NCBI GenBank assembly: GCA_003650545.1
Contig: QMQO01000009.1
Coordinates: 1-39,747, forward strand
DNA from: Candidatus Woesearchaeota archaeon
GTDB taxonomy: Archaea; Nanobdellota; Nanobdellia; Woesearchaeales; B72-G16
Length of the DNA stretch: 39,747 nt
Direction: 5' to 3'
The position numbers and the translations under genes are program-made. This document shows, one piece after another, positions 1-10,227 of this stretch (its first letter is position 1; each line of letters starts with the position of its first letter). The notes below the pieces were generated by a model that was given only the letters and a program-made list of their open reading frames with translations, did no database searches and was not told the origin of the DNA.

Positions 1-1
1 T

Positions 2-3000
2 GGTGACTTATGCGATGGTGATCAATCCTGTTGTGAGAATAAATTAACATCTCCACCCTGTTATTGGGATGGATATTGTCAAGGAGAAATCCAGGGTTGT
101 GGTGATGTTCTAGACGAAAGTCTTTGTGCTCAATTAGCCAACATGGGTGCTCCATGCGGTTGGGATAATGGACAATGTGTGGAATCAGGTGGTGGTCCTC
201 CTGGCGAATTAGTTTGTTTAGGCGGACCTGATAATTGTCCTTTAGTACCTAATCCAGATCAGTCTGATGTTGATACAGATAACGTAGGAGATGTGTGCGA
301 TAATTGTCCAGATATTTATAATCCTAACCAACTTGATTCTGATGGCGGTTATTTATGTGTTTTTGTTGGAATGCCTATGGTTGCAGGAGGATATCCTCAG
401 ACAGGCGAACTCTATTTTGACAACTCAACAGGAATTCCATACTATGTAGCAAGCTCTAATGCGATCCTTTATAATGGAATTGTGTACGAAGATTTCGTGG
501 ACCCTCCATATGAAGGTGCTGTTGGAGTGGATTATATGGGATATGGAATAGAAAATATCAAACAAGCTGTTAAAGGAGAATACACAATTTTGTATGATGA
601 TACAACAGGTTATGATTATGGCATTGATGGAACAACAGATGTAAATCTTGCTTTGATAACAACCTGTATGGGAGAATCTGGTCCTTGTTTGCATTTAACA
701 ATGTACACACCAATGAGCAAACAAGATTTCATGAATGTTTTTGCAGGTATGCCTGTAACTATTGATTTGTGGATTGATGGTATATTCAAATCATCTGCTC
801 CTGGTGAAGATTACACGTGGGATTTTCCAGAAGCATCCGGAGTGGTGTGCGGATCCTTGAGTGCAGAAGAATGTGAAAATTATGTTGAGTGTAAATACAA
901 GTTTATTTCAGATGAATTTGGAGATGCTTGTGACAATTGTCCAAATATCTATAACCCAGCTCCAGCTCCTGGTTATCCACAGCCTGATCAAGACCAGGAT
1001 GGTTTTGGAGATGCTTGTGACAATTGTGTATATATACCAAATCCAGATCAATTAGATCTAGACCAGGATCACCTAGGCGATGTTTGTCAGCCAGATATAC
1101 CAGAGGTTCCATTCACAGAGCCAGTAGATCCTTTCTGTTCAACACAAATACCTCCTGATTTAAATGTAGACACAGATGGAGATGGTATTATTAATTCACA
1201 GGATATTTGTCCTGATGAAGCTGATAATATGTGCTATCTATATAAAGGACAAAAATTAATAACAACCACAAGTTCGCACATATTTGAGACAGGCGATCAA
1301 AATGTTGCAGTTGAAATTCCAGCAGGTAGTTTTTCGAGTGATGTAATAGTTACACTGTTAGAGTCTATTCCAAATGACCAAATAAATTCAATGGTTTTAT
1401 TACGGGGAGCTGAGGTCGATATAAAAGATACTATTTGCAATGAAATAAACTGCGAAAGTGGAATAACACTTAAGATAAGATACAATCCTGTGTTGGATAA
1501 TTTAGGAGGAGTATCTGTTTATGTATATGATGAACCAAGGGATAGATGGCTTCCTTATTCAGGTGTATGTGCTAATGGGGAATGTATAATATCAATAACT
1601 GATTGCCATAAAAAATATGGTATCGCTGTATCATGTACCACTCCAAATATGAACAATAAAATGCCTCTAGGCAACACAGGATATTTTTACACAGATAGAA
1701 TCGATCAGCCAACAATCTGGTGCCCAGGAACATATTACCTGCCAGAAGAGACATCTGTAGTTGTTGATAACTTATTGTGGTGTTCGGGTTCTAAATTAAT
1801 AGGTCACATGAATACACCATCTATTATTATCGGCTATAATGAAACATCTTCTGAACTGATGGTGCATGGATGCGATATTCAGAATGCCGGAACTGGAATA
1901 TTAACATATGAAAATGGAGTAGAGAACCCAAAAATTAAAGTTTTCAACAATGTTTTCAGAGATGTTGATACAGGAATTTATTTAGGCTCCAGTTCGAATG
2001 AAAACAGAATACGTGGAAATTGGTTTGTTAACTATGAGCATAGAGGAACAGATTATACAGACCAAACAAATGCAGGAACATTCCTAGTGCTAGACAGGAG
2101 TAGTAATAATGTCATAGACAGAAACACAGTAAAATTCTTTAATACTTTTATCCAAGCTACTGGTTCGTCAGGGAACAATGTGTTAAAGAATATTTTATTT
2201 TATGGCGACAAAATTTCAGAAGATTTTACAGGATCACAGGCTGTAGCAAACATAATATTTAAGGTGCGCAATGGTTTTGTCGGAGATTCACTGTCATTTT
2301 TAAGCAATAACCTACTGAACATTAAAGAATATTGGTTAATAAGTTCGCTCACAGGAGCAATAAACAACGAAGACAATCCAAATTTCTGGGGCGTGTATAA
2401 ACAACCATTTTATGGACCTTTCTCAGCAGGTATCCATGAATTTGATGCGTATTATATTCCAAAGCAATCTATAAATGATATAGCATACTGTGCAGATTAT
2501 TCAGATAAATATGGTATGTATAGATGTATATCAAATTCGCGCTTTGCAAGTTATGTTGTACACGATATAGATAATGTTGATTACAGGCAATTATATATGT
2601 ACGCAACTGAATCTTATTCATTCACATCAGGGTACCCTATGAGTGCTGTGTACCATGTTGGTCCTACTAATACTTATTTCAGTATACCAGCAGTCTTACA
2701 GATATACACTCGCGATCAAACCAATGCAGGCGACATGCAAATATTGTGGCGTAAAGATGATTATGATACCTGGAGTATTTGGACTGATGGTTTTTGCGAC
2801 AAAGATATTGGATATTGTATAGCTGTAATAAACCAAACAGGTCAATTTATAGTAGTTGATCTAAATCCCCCTTGTGTTGATTATGATGGTGATGGTTATC
2901 TAGGAACACCATCTGGTTGCGGACTAGATTGCAATGATTATGATGCAACAAAATGGCAATTGCTTCCTGGATATACAGATGCGGATGGTGATGGGTATGG

Positions 3001-5164
3001 TGCGGGAAGTTTGTTGCAGATTTGTTCAGGTTATGCTTTGCCAAGTGGGTATTCAGATATAAACGGAGATTGTGATGATGTTGACACAGCAAGTTATCCG
3101 GGTGCGCCTGAATTGTGCGATGGTATAGATCAGGATTGTGATGGGTTGTATGATGAAGATTTCGACCTAGACGGTGATACTTACACAACCTGTGGCACAT
3201 TGACAACTAATGGTGAGAGTGTACAATCTGACTGTAATGATAGCGATGCAACTATATGTCCAGGTTGTCCAGAAATAGTCTGTGATGGTATTGATCAAAA
3301 TTGCAATGCTTATGAAGAAATACGAACATTCAATGACCAGTTATTAGTAAAATCAGAGCATAAGAATAAACAAATAAGCAAGTTCTATGATTGGGATGCT
3401 GTGGCTGAAAAATGGAGACTATTTGAAAAATATGATCCTGATGGCTTAGTGATAAAGAACAATGAAATCGGTTTAGCTGACTTTGATGGTGATGGACAAG
3501 ACGAGCTTGTTGTAAAAGAAAAGAAATGGTGTAAGAATAACTGTGACGATATAGATACATGGTTCTACGAATGGGATGGTGATAGCTGGGAACTATACGA
3601 AAGCTCAACAGACGATGGCTTACCATTGAGAGGCAGGCATGAGGTTGCAGCTTGTGACATACTTGGCAATGACGGTATTCCAGAATTGATTGTCACAAGA
3701 GAAGGTTTCAGAAAAGAAACAAGTTTCTACCATTGGAATGCAGCCACAAAACAATGGGAACTTGTTGATTCATCTTCAGATACAGGAGTGTTCCTGAAAG
3801 GAGGCGATACAGCTTGTGGTGATTATGATAATGATGGAGTGAATGAGCTAATAGTCAAGAAAAAACATAAGAGAGGCTTTAAAATATACACGTGGGACAG
3901 TATTAATAAGATTTGGGTGCTAGAAGCAGATCTTCATAAAGCACCAAACAAACCAGGTGACGATTTAATAACAGGTCATAGTGAAATCGCCATGGGCAAT
4001 GTTCGTGGTGTAGAAACAGTGGTGATTGATCCTGATGATAACCCTGACTCAGATGGTGACGGAATTGGCGATTGTTATGATCTTTGTCCAGATATACAAG
4101 GAAGCATCTACCTTGGTTGTCCAGCAGCAGTCACAACCAGCGCAAATATCTATAACATCTTTGGTAGACACATCAAACATAAAGAAGCAAGAGAAGGTCA
4201 GGAAGTATTTATATTTGACAAGCAATGTGTTGACCAAATACTCGCTTCACAGTTTGGAATCAACTGGGAAAACCTAACAGGCGAGGTGTTCACACACAAA
4301 GAAGACGAACTAAATGCAATCTTAAGCAGTGATTGTGAAGGCTTTGTTTGCTGGACAGATGAAAGTGGCGAGTGCACTGTTGGCGTTGATAATGGCGAAT
4401 ATGTTGTCTTTGGACCATTTTCAAGCACACAATGGGTACCCCACAAAGAGCAGGTATGCTATAAAAAATGCTGTGGTAAAAGGAGAGGCAGACATAAATA
4501 CTGTACAGACTACTGTGGTATTAAATGGACGATAACACCTGAACAGTTTAGCTTTGCAGTCTATAAACCAGTGTTATCACTTACAGACGAATTTGGAGAA
4601 GCTCACTTAGACTTCATCAGATTATGGTGGGGTGATAGATTAATACCTGCTGTATTTGCAGGCACAATTGTAGGTTCAGAGTTAAACATAGTTCCAGCAG
4701 AATACTTAGTAGAGATTCCAGAAACAGAGGTAACTCCTATAGTGGAAGATGCAAATGTGACTGGAGATATAGATTATATCTACCCAATATTGATGGAAGC
4801 AGACGCTCCGTGGGAAGTTGAAGTTGGTGTAGAACCACCAGAAGGTCATAATGTATCAACAGACACAGAGATTTTTGTGGATGAGACAACCGAGGTATTG
4901 ACAATTGGTTTAGAAGAAACAAACAGCACCACTTCACCAACAGGCGCGGTAGTAGGCGTACCATCAAGTGATATAGCTCAGTTTACAGTTAGGGCAAAAC
5001 ACCCTGGTGAAAGAAACTTCAAAAAACAGACAGTCACAATAAAGACCACATTTGAACCAGAAGAAGCTAAAAAAGGTTATTTGGCAACACTAACACTAAC
5101 AATAATTGCAGTTGCAATAGCCGCACTAGCTGGTTTGTTGATCTACAAAAGGTTCAGAAAATAA
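2..5164 (+). CDS. Giant Cys/Asp-rich membrane-anchored surface protein (thrombospondin type-3 Ca-binding repeats, beta-helix, MopE-like Cys motifs, FG-GAP/VCBS-like repeats); 5'-truncated by the window
   Basis: The frame is open from position 2 (GDLCDGDQSCC...) into the listed ATG at 143, so the true start lies upstream of the window. It has TSP3-type repeats (DNCPLVPNPDQSDVDTDNVGDVCD; DNCVYIPNPDQLDLDQDHLGDVC), Asn-rich beta-helix repeats (SSNENRIRGNWF), GAPELCDGIDQDCDG motifs and ADFDGDGQDELVV / GDYDNDGVNELIV repeats. It ends in a TM helix plus basic tail (YKRFRK), followed by an oligo-T tract. Confidence 0.85.
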   Translation, partial: GDLCDGDQSCCENKLTSPPCYWDGYCQGEIQGCGDVLDESLCAQLANMGAPCGWDNGQCVESGGGPPGELVCLGGPDNCPLVPNPDQSDVDTDNVGDVCDNCPDIYNPNQLDSDGGYLCVFVGMPMVAGGYPQTGELYFDNSTGIPYYVASSNAILYNGIVYEDFVDPPYEGAVGVDYMGYGIENIKQAVKGEYTILYDDTTGYDYGIDGTTDVNLALITTCMGESGPCLHLTMYTPMSKQDFMNVFAGMPVTIDLWIDGIFKSSAPGEDYTWDFPEASGVVCGSLSAEECENYVECKYKFISDEFGDACDNCPNIYNPAPAPGYPQPDQDQDGFGDACDNCVYIPNPDQLDLDQDHLGDVCQPDIPEVPFTEPVDPFCSTQIPPDLNVDTDGDGIINSQDICPDEADNMCYLYKGQKLITTTSSHIFETGDQNVAVEIPAGSFSSDVIVTLLESIPNDQINSMVLLRGAEVDIKDTICNEINCESGITLKIRYNPVLDNLGGVSVYVYDEPRDRWLPYSGVCANGECIISITDCHKKYGIAVSCTTPNMNNKMPLGNTGYFYTDRIDQPTIWCPGTYYLPEETSVVVDNLLWCSGSKLIGHMNTPSIIIGYNETSSELMVHGCDIQNAGTGILTYENGVENPKIKVFNNVFRDVDTGIYLGSSSNENRIRGNWFVNYEHRGTDYTDQTNAGTFLVLDRSSNNVIDRNTVKFFNTFIQATGSSGNNVLKNILFYGDKISEDFTGSQAVANIIFKVRNGFVGDSLSFLSNNLLNIKEYWLISSLTGAINNEDNPNFWGVYKQPFYGPFSAGIHEFDAYYIPKQSINDIAYCADYSDKYGMYRCISNSRFASYVVHDIDNVDYRQLYMYATESYSFTSGYPMSAVYHVGPTNTYFSIPAVLQIYTRDQTNAGDMQILWRKDDYDTWSIWTDGFCDKDIGYCIAVINQTGQFIVVDLNPPCVDYDGDGYLGTPSGCGLDCNDYDATKWQLLPGYTDADGDGYGAGSLLQICSGYALPSGYSDINGDCDDVDTASYPGAPELCDGIDQDCDGLYDEDFDLDGDTYTTCGTLTTNGESVQSDCNDSDATICPGCPEIVCDGIDQNCNAYEEIRTFNDQLLVKSEHKNKQISKFYDWDAVAEKWRLFEKYDPDGLVIKNNEIGLADFDGDGQDELVVKEKKWCKNNCDDIDTWFYEWDGDSWELYESSTDDGLPLRGRHEVAACDILGNDGIPELIVTREGFRKETSFYHWNAATKQWELVDSSSDTGVFLKGGDTACGDYDNDGVNELIVKKKHKRGFKIYTWDSINKIWVLEADLHKAPNKPGDDLITGHSEIAMGNVRGVETVVIDPDDNPDSDGDGIGDCYDLCPDIQGSIYLGCPAAVTTSANIYNIFGRHIKHKEAREGQEVFIFDKQCVDQILASQFGINWENLTGEVFTHKEDELNAILSSDCEGFVCWTDESGECTVGVDNGEYVVFGPFSSTQWVPHKEQVCYKKCCGKRRGRHKYCTDYCGIKWTITPEQFSFAVYKPVLSLTDEFGEAHLDFIRLWWGDRLIPAVFAGTIVGSELNIVPAEYLVEIPETEVTPIVEDANVTGDIDYIYPILMEADAPWEVEVGVEPPEGHNVSTDTEIFVDETTEVLTIGLEETNSTTSPTGAVVGVPSSDIAQFTVRAKHPGERNFKKQTVTIKTTFEPEEAKKGYLATLTLTIIAVAIAALAGLLIYKRFRK

Positions 5165-5297
5165 TTTTTTCTTTTTTAAATTCTTTTTTAACTCTTTACA
5201 ACCTTTTGATAACAAAACAACATATTTATTCTAACATACAAATTTTTATAACTCAATTATTAGATATTTTATAAAAGAGCCAAAATAAGATGTTAAG

Positions 5298-6149
5298 ATG
5301 TTCAAAATAGACACTAGAAACGAAAAACTCAAGAGAGTTATACACAATGTTCTCTTAAATAAGAAATTACAAACATACTGGGTTTGCTCTAACATTAATG
5401 CGATAGATAGAATGGGGTTTAATGACCATGGCCAGAAACACATAGAAATAGTTATTAAAAATGCATTGACTATGTTTAATATTCTTAAAAGTCGCGGAGT
5501 CTACTCAAACATAATAAAGCACTACGCAAAAAATCCATTTGTCAAAAACTATGGTTTTAGTCATGATGATTCTGAAGTTATCATTTTTCTAGCAGCTTGT
5601 ACGCATGATATTGGCCACGCTGTTAGTCGCAAGGACCATCATTTTCATAGCACCTATTTAGCATTACCTTTATTAGAGGAAATCCTAGACGATATTTACC
5701 AAGAAGAACAACGTACAATTATTACTTCAGAAATTTTGCATTGCCTCGCTACAAACTATGCCAAAAAGAAACCCTTAACACTGGAAGCAAGCATTTTAAG
5801 GGTAGCAGATGCTCTTGATATGGCTGCTGGCCGCGCAAGGATTGCATTTAAATCAAATGCAGTAATTCCTGGGAAAAAAAAAGGAGAGTTCACAATTATA
5901 ACCACCGACGAAAAACCTGTTATTCATCAAACGTCTTCTTTAGGTATAAAAGAAATCATTATTAAACCTGCCCAAGAAAAACCAATATTAATAGAGATTC
6001 TTGTTGTGGATTCTTCAGCGATTTTCCAGATAGACGAATTGCTAAGGAAAAAAATTCGCGGTACGGGCCTAGAGAAATACATACAATTAATCATAAGAAG
6101 AGTTCCTGGAAAAACACACCAATTCAAAAAGATTAATTTTAAAATTTAG
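5298..6149 (+). CDS. HD-superfamily metal-dependent phosphohydrolase (COG3294-like)
   Basis: Motifs NDHGQKH, HDIGH and ADALD..GRAR are present. The His usually found between HD and the last Asp appears replaced (ILHCLATNY). No GYP motif. Confidence 0.8.
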   Translation: MFKIDTRNEKLKRVIHNVLLNKKLQTYWVCSNINAIDRMGFNDHGQKHIEIVIKNALTMFNILKSRGVYSNIIKHYAKNPFVKNYGFSHDDSEVIIFLAACTHDIGHAVSRKDHHFHSTYLALPLLEEILDDIYQEEQRTIITSEILHCLATNYAKKKPLTLEASILRVADALDMAAGRARIAFKSNAVIPGKKKGEFTIITTDEKPVIHQTSSLGIKEIIIKPAQEKPILIEILVVDSSAIFQIDELLRKKIRGTGLEKYIQLIIRRVPGKTHQFKKINFKI

Positions 6150-6161
6150 AGAGGAATTCAA

Positions 6162-8522
6162 ATGCTTAAGCATGCTGCAGTTATAGGTTTAGATACTTTG
6201 AATATTGATTTGATGCGTTACATACCATCTTTTGATATTTTTAAAGGTTATTCTTCTCTTGAAGTATTAATAGATCCTAAATGTGATAGAATAGTTTTAG
6301 AAACAGAAGAAGACAGAAAACAGTACGAAGAAGCAATAAGAGGATTCCCCATCGTTTCCCAGAGCAATGGGGGTTGCTTGTTTAATGTTCTTTCTGCATT
6401 AAAGAGCTCAATAGGAAAGGAAAATCATCTTATTTTAGCCGGAACCCTTGGTCTTGATGAAAATGGAATGTTAGACGAGTTTGCACGTTCATATTTAAGA
6501 GAAGCGCATGAAGCAGGCATAATTGTGCTTGCCAATAAAGTACCTGTTAGTGCTGGCAAAGGTGGTACTGGTACAATAGAAGTCCTAATTTCAGATAATC
6601 CTATAGATAAACAATTTAAAGAACGCAAATTTGTAGCAAACAGAGGGGTTTCAACAGAAATTGTTTTTGACAAATCTTATTCTTCTTATCTCTACAAATT
6701 CCTAGCAGATCACGAACTCATTCTTCACTATACAATTGACTCAGAAGAAAAATTTCCAATCTATTTCTACAGGTCAGATGAACACAGACTACCTTTGCAC
6801 AAAGCTAACGGTAAGGTTCATCCCAAATATATCAACTTTGATTTTGTCTCAATCGATACAATTACCAGAAAAAGAGATTATCTTGAGGGAACACGAAGGA
6901 TTGCTGTCACAAATGGTTTTGCTTCTGAAAAACACCCCGATGTAGCTCTTAAATTCTTACAAATTGCTAGACAGAATGGCTGTGAAACCTTCTTTAGCTT
7001 TTCTAACCCAGATGTTGTTAGACATATCAATGACCTTTCTAAGAAAACAGGAACTGATTATTTTGAACAAATAATGAAAAACACAATGATCATCTCAAGC
7101 AATAAAAATGAATACGAATCAGTTGCTTCAAAAAACAATTCCAAAACTTTAAAAAACCATCCCCAAGTTTCTGTTTCTTTGTTGGATTCTTTAAGGAACA
7201 CAGAGGTGTTTCCTCCAGCATTATGTGTGTGCACCATGGGAGAAAATGGGCTTGTTCTAGTTACAAAGTCTCCTTTAAAACCAGACTTAGTAGAAGTAGA
7301 AGCAGATAAAATTTCACCAGAACTGTTTGCAGACACAACAGGCGCAGGCGATTTTATTCTTAGTAAACTTGTGAAGTACACCTTGTTAACGAGAAATATC
7401 ACTGATTTGAACCCATTCATGTTAGCTCAATATTTGCGTGAAGCAGGTACAGAGGCGTGTAAGTTTAAGGGGGGGAGTGTGCTATCTGTCGATAAGGAAA
7501 AAATGTTTATGAATCGCGTGATGAAAATCAACGATGAAGTAAGACTCGAATGTAGCAACAGTGATGAAGTTATAGAATGCTTATTAAAGCATTCTAAGGA
7601 TTTTTCAAAAGCAACAATGGGTGTGGTATATGAAGTTAGAGATGATAAGATAATGCCAATAGCTAGTACAGAAGAGATTAAACTGTACAACGATCTCGAC
7701 ATTTCAAAAACAGTGTTCAAAGAATTTCTAGAAGGCAAAGAAAAGATTCAGCTGAACGATGTATCGCAAATACTTTCTGACACTATCGCCTTTGATCACC
7801 ATACAAATGCAAAAGCTATAATTGCTTACCCTGTATTTATCGATGATAAATTAAAATACATTTATGAGCTAACTCATCATACAAAGGGTAAATTTAAATC
7901 AGACGAAGCTTACTTCTTAAGATATATTTGTACTGCTAAATATATCGATGATTCCTTACATCACGATCTTGACGAGAGGACTGGGTTATATAACGATGAA
8001 TATATGCAAAAACGTTTAAGTACAGAAATAGAAAAACTGAAAAGATTTAAAGACAGCGCCACACTGGTAATGGGAGATATTGATTTTTTTAAAAGAGTAA
8101 ATGATAACTATGATCATATAAAAGGAAACGAAGTTTTAAAAGAATTTGGCAAAATCTTTCACATAGCATTAAGAAATACTGATGTTATTGCTCGCTGGGG
8201 AGGTGAAGAATTTCTATTCTGGCTTACAAATACACCTAAAAAAAATGCAGAAATTCCTCTTACCCGGTTACAAGAGTTTATTTTAGCAAATAAATATTTG
8301 TCAGAGTTAAGAAATGACGCAGAAAAAAGAAGATTGCAAATCCCGCTGACAATGACTTTCGGCTATGTTGGATTCCCTGAAGATGTTAATGATATAAATA
8401 TGTCTACAGAAGATCTTATAAAAGACATGATCGAAAAAGCAGATTTGGCCCTTCTATATGGAAAAAGTAAATTAAATCGTAATGTTATCGTTCCTTATGA
8501 TTCTTCATTATCTTCACAGTAA
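6162..8522 (+). CDS. PfkB/ribokinase-family (adenosine/nucleoside kinase-like) domain + GAF-like domain + GGDEF nucleotide cyclase fusion
   Basis: The N-terminal region has PfkB motifs NGGCLFN, GTLGLDE, TGTIEVLI...ERKF, SNKNE, TMGENG and DTTGAGD (7332-7352). A GAF-like middle follows (AIIAYPVFIDDKLKYIYEL). The C-terminus has DERTGLYN, DIDFFKRVND, an RNTD I-site and RWGGEEF (GGEEF at 8199-8213). RBS gagg, 12 bp after the HD gene. Confidence 0.85.
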   Translation: MLKHAAVIGLDTLNIDLMRYIPSFDIFKGYSSLEVLIDPKCDRIVLETEEDRKQYEEAIRGFPIVSQSNGGCLFNVLSALKSSIGKENHLILAGTLGLDENGMLDEFARSYLREAHEAGIIVLANKVPVSAGKGGTGTIEVLISDNPIDKQFKERKFVANRGVSTEIVFDKSYSSYLYKFLADHELILHYTIDSEEKFPIYFYRSDEHRLPLHKANGKVHPKYINFDFVSIDTITRKRDYLEGTRRIAVTNGFASEKHPDVALKFLQIARQNGCETFFSFSNPDVVRHINDLSKKTGTDYFEQIMKNTMIISSNKNEYESVASKNNSKTLKNHPQVSVSLLDSLRNTEVFPPALCVCTMGENGLVLVTKSPLKPDLVEVEADKISPELFADTTGAGDFILSKLVKYTLLTRNITDLNPFMLAQYLREAGTEACKFKGGSVLSVDKEKMFMNRVMKINDEVRLECSNSDEVIECLLKHSKDFSKATMGVVYEVRDDKIMPIASTEEIKLYNDLDISKTVFKEFLEGKEKIQLNDVSQILSDTIAFDHHTNAKAIIAYPVFIDDKLKYIYELTHHTKGKFKSDEAYFLRYICTAKYIDDSLHHDLDERTGLYNDEYMQKRLSTEIEKLKRFKDSATLVMGDIDFFKRVNDNYDHIKGNEVLKEFGKIFHIALRNTDVIARWGGEEFLFWLTNTPKKNAEIPLTRLQEFILANKYLSELRNDAEKRRLQIPLTMTFGYVGFPEDVNDINMSTEDLIKDMIEKADLALLYGKSKLNRNVIVPYDSSLSSQ

Positions 8523-8618
8523 ACTTTATAAACAACCTGCATCATATTAAAGAGGTAATAAAAATCTTAAAGGTTTCAGCTGTTTCAGCTCAAATTTTTA
8601 ATATAAGAAAGACCTGCA

Positions 8619-10172
8619 ATGAAAACAAAAAAAGAACTGGGTGATTTGATTGACCTTAAACTATGGAATAAACTTCAGGCTAGCTTTGCCCAGGCAATAA
8701 AACTCCCTGTGCTCACAATAAATCCAGATGGTGAGATCATCTCAATCAGCCGTGATTTTCCGTTCTTTTGCCAAATGATTGAGAATAACGAAGAAGGCGC
8801 AAGAAAATGTACAGAATGTCGCAAACTAAATTTTGAAAAACTAAAGAAAGATGAAAATCGAATTTTATTTTATTATTGTCATGCAGATTTACTAAATATA
8901 ATGGTTCCAATCACGGTTAAAGGCGAACAAGTAGGTGCTGTTGTTTGTGAGTCTATACTACAAACAAAGAAAAACGTACCGAAGTGCAGAAAGGCGTCAG
9001 AAACTACAAAAATACCAACAGTTGAGTTTATTGATGCTATAAACGAAATGCGTATCCAAAAAAGAGAAGATGTAGAAAATTATGCAAAAGTTTTGTACAT
9101 TCTTTCTAATACTATTCCTGAGCTTGTACACCAAAAAGTGACGTCAGATCAAAAGATAAATGAATTAACAATTCTACATGATATCTCTAAAATGTTAAGT
9201 TCAACTCTAGAAATGGATAAAATGCTTGAAACTACAATGAAATTCATGAAGACTGCAGCAAAAGCAAAAGCATGCAGCACAGTTATAATTGAAGAAAATA
9301 GCAAAAAAAGATTTGAATTTGGAGAAGGCACTAATCAGTACATTAGCTTTGAGCAAGCAACTGTTGAAGAAGTCCAGAAGACAAGAAAACCTGTTGTGAT
9401 TCCTAATATCGAGAGTGAATCAGACAATAATATGTCAATAATATCTATTCCTATGAGTGTGAAAAACAAAGTAATCGGAGCAATAAATATATATGGCGCA
9501 CCTATCGAAAAGATGGGTGAGCACGATCTGAACTTTTTAACTATCATAACAAACCAAACAGCGTTAGCTGTTCAGAACGCCCAGCAATACGAACAAATCA
9601 AAGAACTAGCAATAACTGATAAACTAACATCATTGTATAACAGGCGACATTTTGAAAAACTAGTAGATACAGAGATTGAGCGTAGTAAACGTTATTCACA
9701 TCCGTTATCAATAGCTTTGCTTGACATAGACAACTTTGGTCACTACAACAATACGCATGGTCATCCTCGCGGTGACGAACTACTAGAGAACCTTTCAAAT
9801 ATATTAAAGCAGTGCACGCGCAAGATAGATATTCTTGGCAGATACGGTGGTGAGGAATTTATAATAGTCATGCCCAACACGAACGAGCAAGACGCGATAA
9901 ATGTTACTGAGCGAATAAGAAAAGCTATTGAAGAATTTGATTTTTATGGCCGTGACAAACAACCACTTGGAAAGGTTACAGCTTCAATTGGAGTTGTCAC
10001 TAATTTCAATTTTTCCAAAAAACAAGCTGAGTTAGTAGAAGCTGCTGACAGAGCACTCTACAATGCAAAAAATTCCGGCAGAAATCGGGTTATACATGAA
10101 ATCATTCCTGGTAACGATCCAATGGAACAGAAAAGCTTTGATGACTTTGTATTTAAAGGTGTTAAGGACTAA
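8619..10172 (+). CDS. PocR sensor + GAF + GGDEF diguanylate cyclase
   Basis: PocR Cys pattern (FFCQMI...KCTEC...YYCHADL...VPI), then GAF (ISIPMSVKNKVIGAINI...LAVQNAQ). The cyclase has ITDKLTSLYNRR, LDIDNF, an RKID I-site, RYGGEEF (GGEEF at 9846-9860) and ADRALYNAKNSGRN. Confidence 0.9.
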   Translation: MKTKKELGDLIDLKLWNKLQASFAQAIKLPVLTINPDGEIISISRDFPFFCQMIENNEEGARKCTECRKLNFEKLKKDENRILFYYCHADLLNIMVPITVKGEQVGAVVCESILQTKKNVPKCRKASETTKIPTVEFIDAINEMRIQKREDVENYAKVLYILSNTIPELVHQKVTSDQKINELTILHDISKMLSSTLEMDKMLETTMKFMKTAAKAKACSTVIIEENSKKRFEFGEGTNQYISFEQATVEEVQKTRKPVVIPNIESESDNNMSIISIPMSVKNKVIGAINIYGAPIEKMGEHDLNFLTIITNQTALAVQNAQQYEQIKELAITDKLTSLYNRRHFEKLVDTEIERSKRYSHPLSIALLDIDNFGHYNNTHGHPRGDELLENLSNILKQCTRKIDILGRYGGEEFIIVMPNTNEQDAINVTERIRKAIEEFDFYGRDKQPLGKVTASIGVVTNFNFSKKQAELVEAADRALYNAKNSGRNRVIHEIIPGNDPMEQKSFDDFVFKGVKD

Positions 10173-10227
10173 ACATTGTTAAAGACTAAACATTTATAAA
10201 TCAGGACATTTCTATCGTAACTAAAAG

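Noticed and set aside
5298..6149. HD protein as an HD-GYP c-di-GMP phosphodiesterase
   Set aside because: It lacks the HHExxDGxGYP motif. It belongs to a different HD subfamily and its substrate is unknown.
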